A stretch of DNA of 7,157 bases from Amoeboradix gromovi X-113 (lineage: Eukaryota; Fungi; Sanchytriomycota). The translations under genes and the position numbers were made by a program. Under the pieces are notes generated by a model. It worked only from the letters and a program-made list of their open reading frames with translations, had not been told where the DNA came from and searched no databases. The stretch is from positions 1 through 7,157 of the forward strand of contig JADGIF010000526.1 in NCBI GenBank assembly GCA_018985225.1, written 5' to 3'. Positions 5,343-7,157 of the stretch are shown one piece after another; the first letter of the stretch is position 1, and every line of letters begins with the position of its first letter.

Positions 5343-6983
5343 TTAGCATTGTTCTTCCTTTTCATTCTTCACTGGATCTAGCTTAATCATATCATCAATT
5401 CTTAAAATAGAAATAGCTGCCTCAGTAGCACTCTTTAACATCTTAATCTTACTCAATGTTGGCTCCAATACTCCTGCAATTCTATTGTCTCTCACCTTTC
5501 CTGCAAACAAATCTAGCCCATAATACTGATAATCTTTTCCATGCTGTTGGTGTTTGTAGTGGTAAGCTCTTAACTGTCCAATTAGTTCAGTGGCGTCTTT
5601 AGCTGCATTTACTGCCAGGCATTTAGGAATTACTAGCAAAGCATTTGCAAATTCTGACACAGCCATTTGCTCTCTACTAGCTAAAGTAGGCGCAAATCTT
5701 TCTAAAAACACGCTAACTCCTCCTTCAACACAACCGCCACCTGGAACTACACTGCTACTCTCCATTGCTCTTCTTACAGCACATAATGAGTCATGTAATG
5801 ATCTTTCCATTTCATCTAACATGAACTCGTTAGCACCTCGTAAGATGATACTGGCCGCTGGTGTCTTTTTACAATGTTTAACAAATATCAATTCTTCGTC
5901 TCCCACTCGCTGTTGCACCACCTCGCTCGCATAGCCTAAGCAGCTAGGATCTACTACTTCATTACCTTCTAAATCACTTAGAGTATTCAATATGACAGCA
6001 CCAGTGGCTTTGGCAATTCTCTTCAAATCTTCCTTCAGAACACGTCGTACAGCGATAGTTTTGTGATCAACAAAGTAGTTTATACACATGTCATCAATGC
6101 CCTTAGTGGTTAAAATAACATTAGCACCAGTTGCCAGGATCTTTGAAATACGCTCGCTTGTAATATCCAATTCTCTCTTTCTAATAGCTTCAATTTGCTC
6201 TGGGTCATCAACAACAATTTGTACTGACAAATGCATTCTCTGTTTTTGCAAATTCATATCTAAGCAAATGATTTTAGCATTCTGGATTGAGTTTGGCATA
6301 GACTGACTTGCCATTGTGCAATTGAGGGCATATCCATCTACATATATAGATTCCTTGGCTGATTTACCGTGAGATTTGAGCACATTAACACTAGAAACTG
6401 GGTATTTCAATTTGCCTTGAACCTGGATTTCAACAGCTTTGATAGCATCAACTGTCATTCTGGCGAAATAATCAGAATGAAAGTTCAATATTTTACTAGC
6501 CATACTAGTTTTCGCAATGCTCAACAAATCTGAATCAGTAAGTTGCTGTTGCTGTACGGTCATATGGTCTTTGATGAACTTCACAGCTTCTTTGCATGCA
6601 ATGCGATATCCGGTAATGATTGTCGTTGGGTGAAGACCATTAACTATCAAATCTTGGGCGCGCTTCAGCAATTCAGCTGCAATAATGACAACCGAGGTTG
6701 TGCCGTCTCCAACCTCTTCGTCCTGCTGATGAGCTAGATCAACAAGAACTTTAGCAGCAGGATGCTTGACTTCTAAAAGTTTGAGAATTGAAGCTCCATC
6801 ATTAGTAATAGTAACTTCACCAATATCATCAACCATCATTTTATCAAGACCTAATGGACCTAGACTTGTTTTTACAATGTTTGCGAGAGACTGGGCAGCA
6901 TTTACATTTTGGGCACGAACATCTAATCCTGTACTGCGATCACCTGGTAACAACAATGTAGAAGCATCTCTTTGGGACAACAT
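5343..6983 (-). CDS. TCP1: T-complex protein 1 subunit alpha (CCT/TRiC chaperonin alpha), 546 aa
   Basis: SLGPLGLDKMMVDDIGEVTITNDGA, VGDGTTSVV, HPTTIITGYR, DEMERSLHDSLC, VVPGGG and ATEAAISILRIDDMI are characteristic of CCT-alpha. The track start at 7046 is a TTG inside the repeat; the ATG at 6983 (MLSQRD..) matches the usual N-terminus length. Confidence 0.97.
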   Translation of the reverse strand: MLSQRDASTLLLPGDRSTGLDVRAQNVNAAQSLANIVKTSLGPLGLDKMMVDDIGEVTITNDGASILKLLEVKHPAAKVLVDLAHQQDEEVGDGTTSVVIIAAELLKRAQDLIVNGLHPTTIITGYRIACKEAVKFIKDHMTVQQQQLTDSDLLSIAKTSMASKILNFHSDYFARMTVDAIKAVEIQVQGKLKYPVSSVNVLKSHGKSAKESIYVDGYALNCTMASQSMPNSIQNAKIICLDMNLQKQRMHLSVQIVVDDPEQIEAIRKRELDITSERISKILATGANVILTTKGIDDMCINYFVDHKTIAVRRVLKEDLKRIAKATGAVILNTLSDLEGNEVVDPSCLGYASEVVQQRVGDEELIFVKHCKKTPAASIILRGANEFMLDEMERSLHDSLCAVRRAMESSSVVPGGGCVEGGVSVFLERFAPTLASREQMAVSEFANALLVIPKCLAVNAAKDATELIGQLRAYHYKHQQHGKDYQYYGLDLFAGKVRDNRIAGVLEPTLSKIKMLKSATEAAISILRIDDMIKLDPVKNEKEEQC

Positions 6984-7033
6984 TACTAAAACAAGGAGCG
7001 ATCGAAAAATATAAGTAGCTTGCATTGATATAA

Positions 7034-7157
7034 TATGGGACACCAAATATAAAAACTAGACTAACTCGTTTTTAAAGGAGGTGCTCCATACGGAGGAAAT
7101 GCTATCATTAATAAAAGATCTTCTATTATACCAATTTTCTTTCATTGATTGTATTCC
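7034..7157 (-). mobile_element. 3' end of a second copy of the Fanzor-carrying element, continuing beyond the window
   Basis: Near-identical to 529-655. The - strand is open from the window edge: GIQSMKENWYNRRSFINDSISSVWSTSFKNELV* (stop 7058-7056). The hairpin at 7034-7090 has a perfect inner stem TAAAAAC/GTTTTTA. Confidence 0.7.

Noticed and set aside
6972-6979. TGGGACA match to the element end inside CCT1; also TAGACAATTT at 5331-5340
   Set aside because: Too short: the first is within coding sequence and the second is a 10-nt AT-rich match next to the CCT1 stop.
5590-7014. + strand ORFs within CCT1
   Set aside because: Antisense shadows of a highly conserved gene.
6984-7046. 21-aa N-terminal extension of CCT1 in the ORF track
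   Set aside because: It starts at a TTG inside the mobile-element repeat, and CCT-alpha homology begins near the ATG at 6983.

Overview
AT-rich eukaryotic DNA, probably from a fungus with a compact genome (CCT1 chaperonin, hevein/CBM18 chitin deacetylase, mitochondrial-type Pth2, no apparent introns, ~60 bp between convergent genes). There are five intact host genes: an RraA/HMG-aldolase-like protein, PTH2, a Ser/Thr kinase, a CBM18-CE4 chitin deacetylase and CCT1/TCP1. Every large intergenic gap holds remains of what look like TnpB/Fanzor (RNA-guided nuclease) elements that the ORF track misses. These are three degenerate C-terminal Zn-finger/RuvC-III fragments (1-185 +, 551-820 -, 4480-4934 -), a near-identical second copy of one 3' end running off the window edge (7034-7157), and a ~210-bp ORF-less copy with both ends (5093-5303). 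The family has asymmetric sub-terminal inverted repeats and a conserved 3' hairpin where an omega-RNA scaffold would be expected. All Fanzor calls come from manual motif recognition, not database searches. No intact nuclease or transposase gene lies inside the window.
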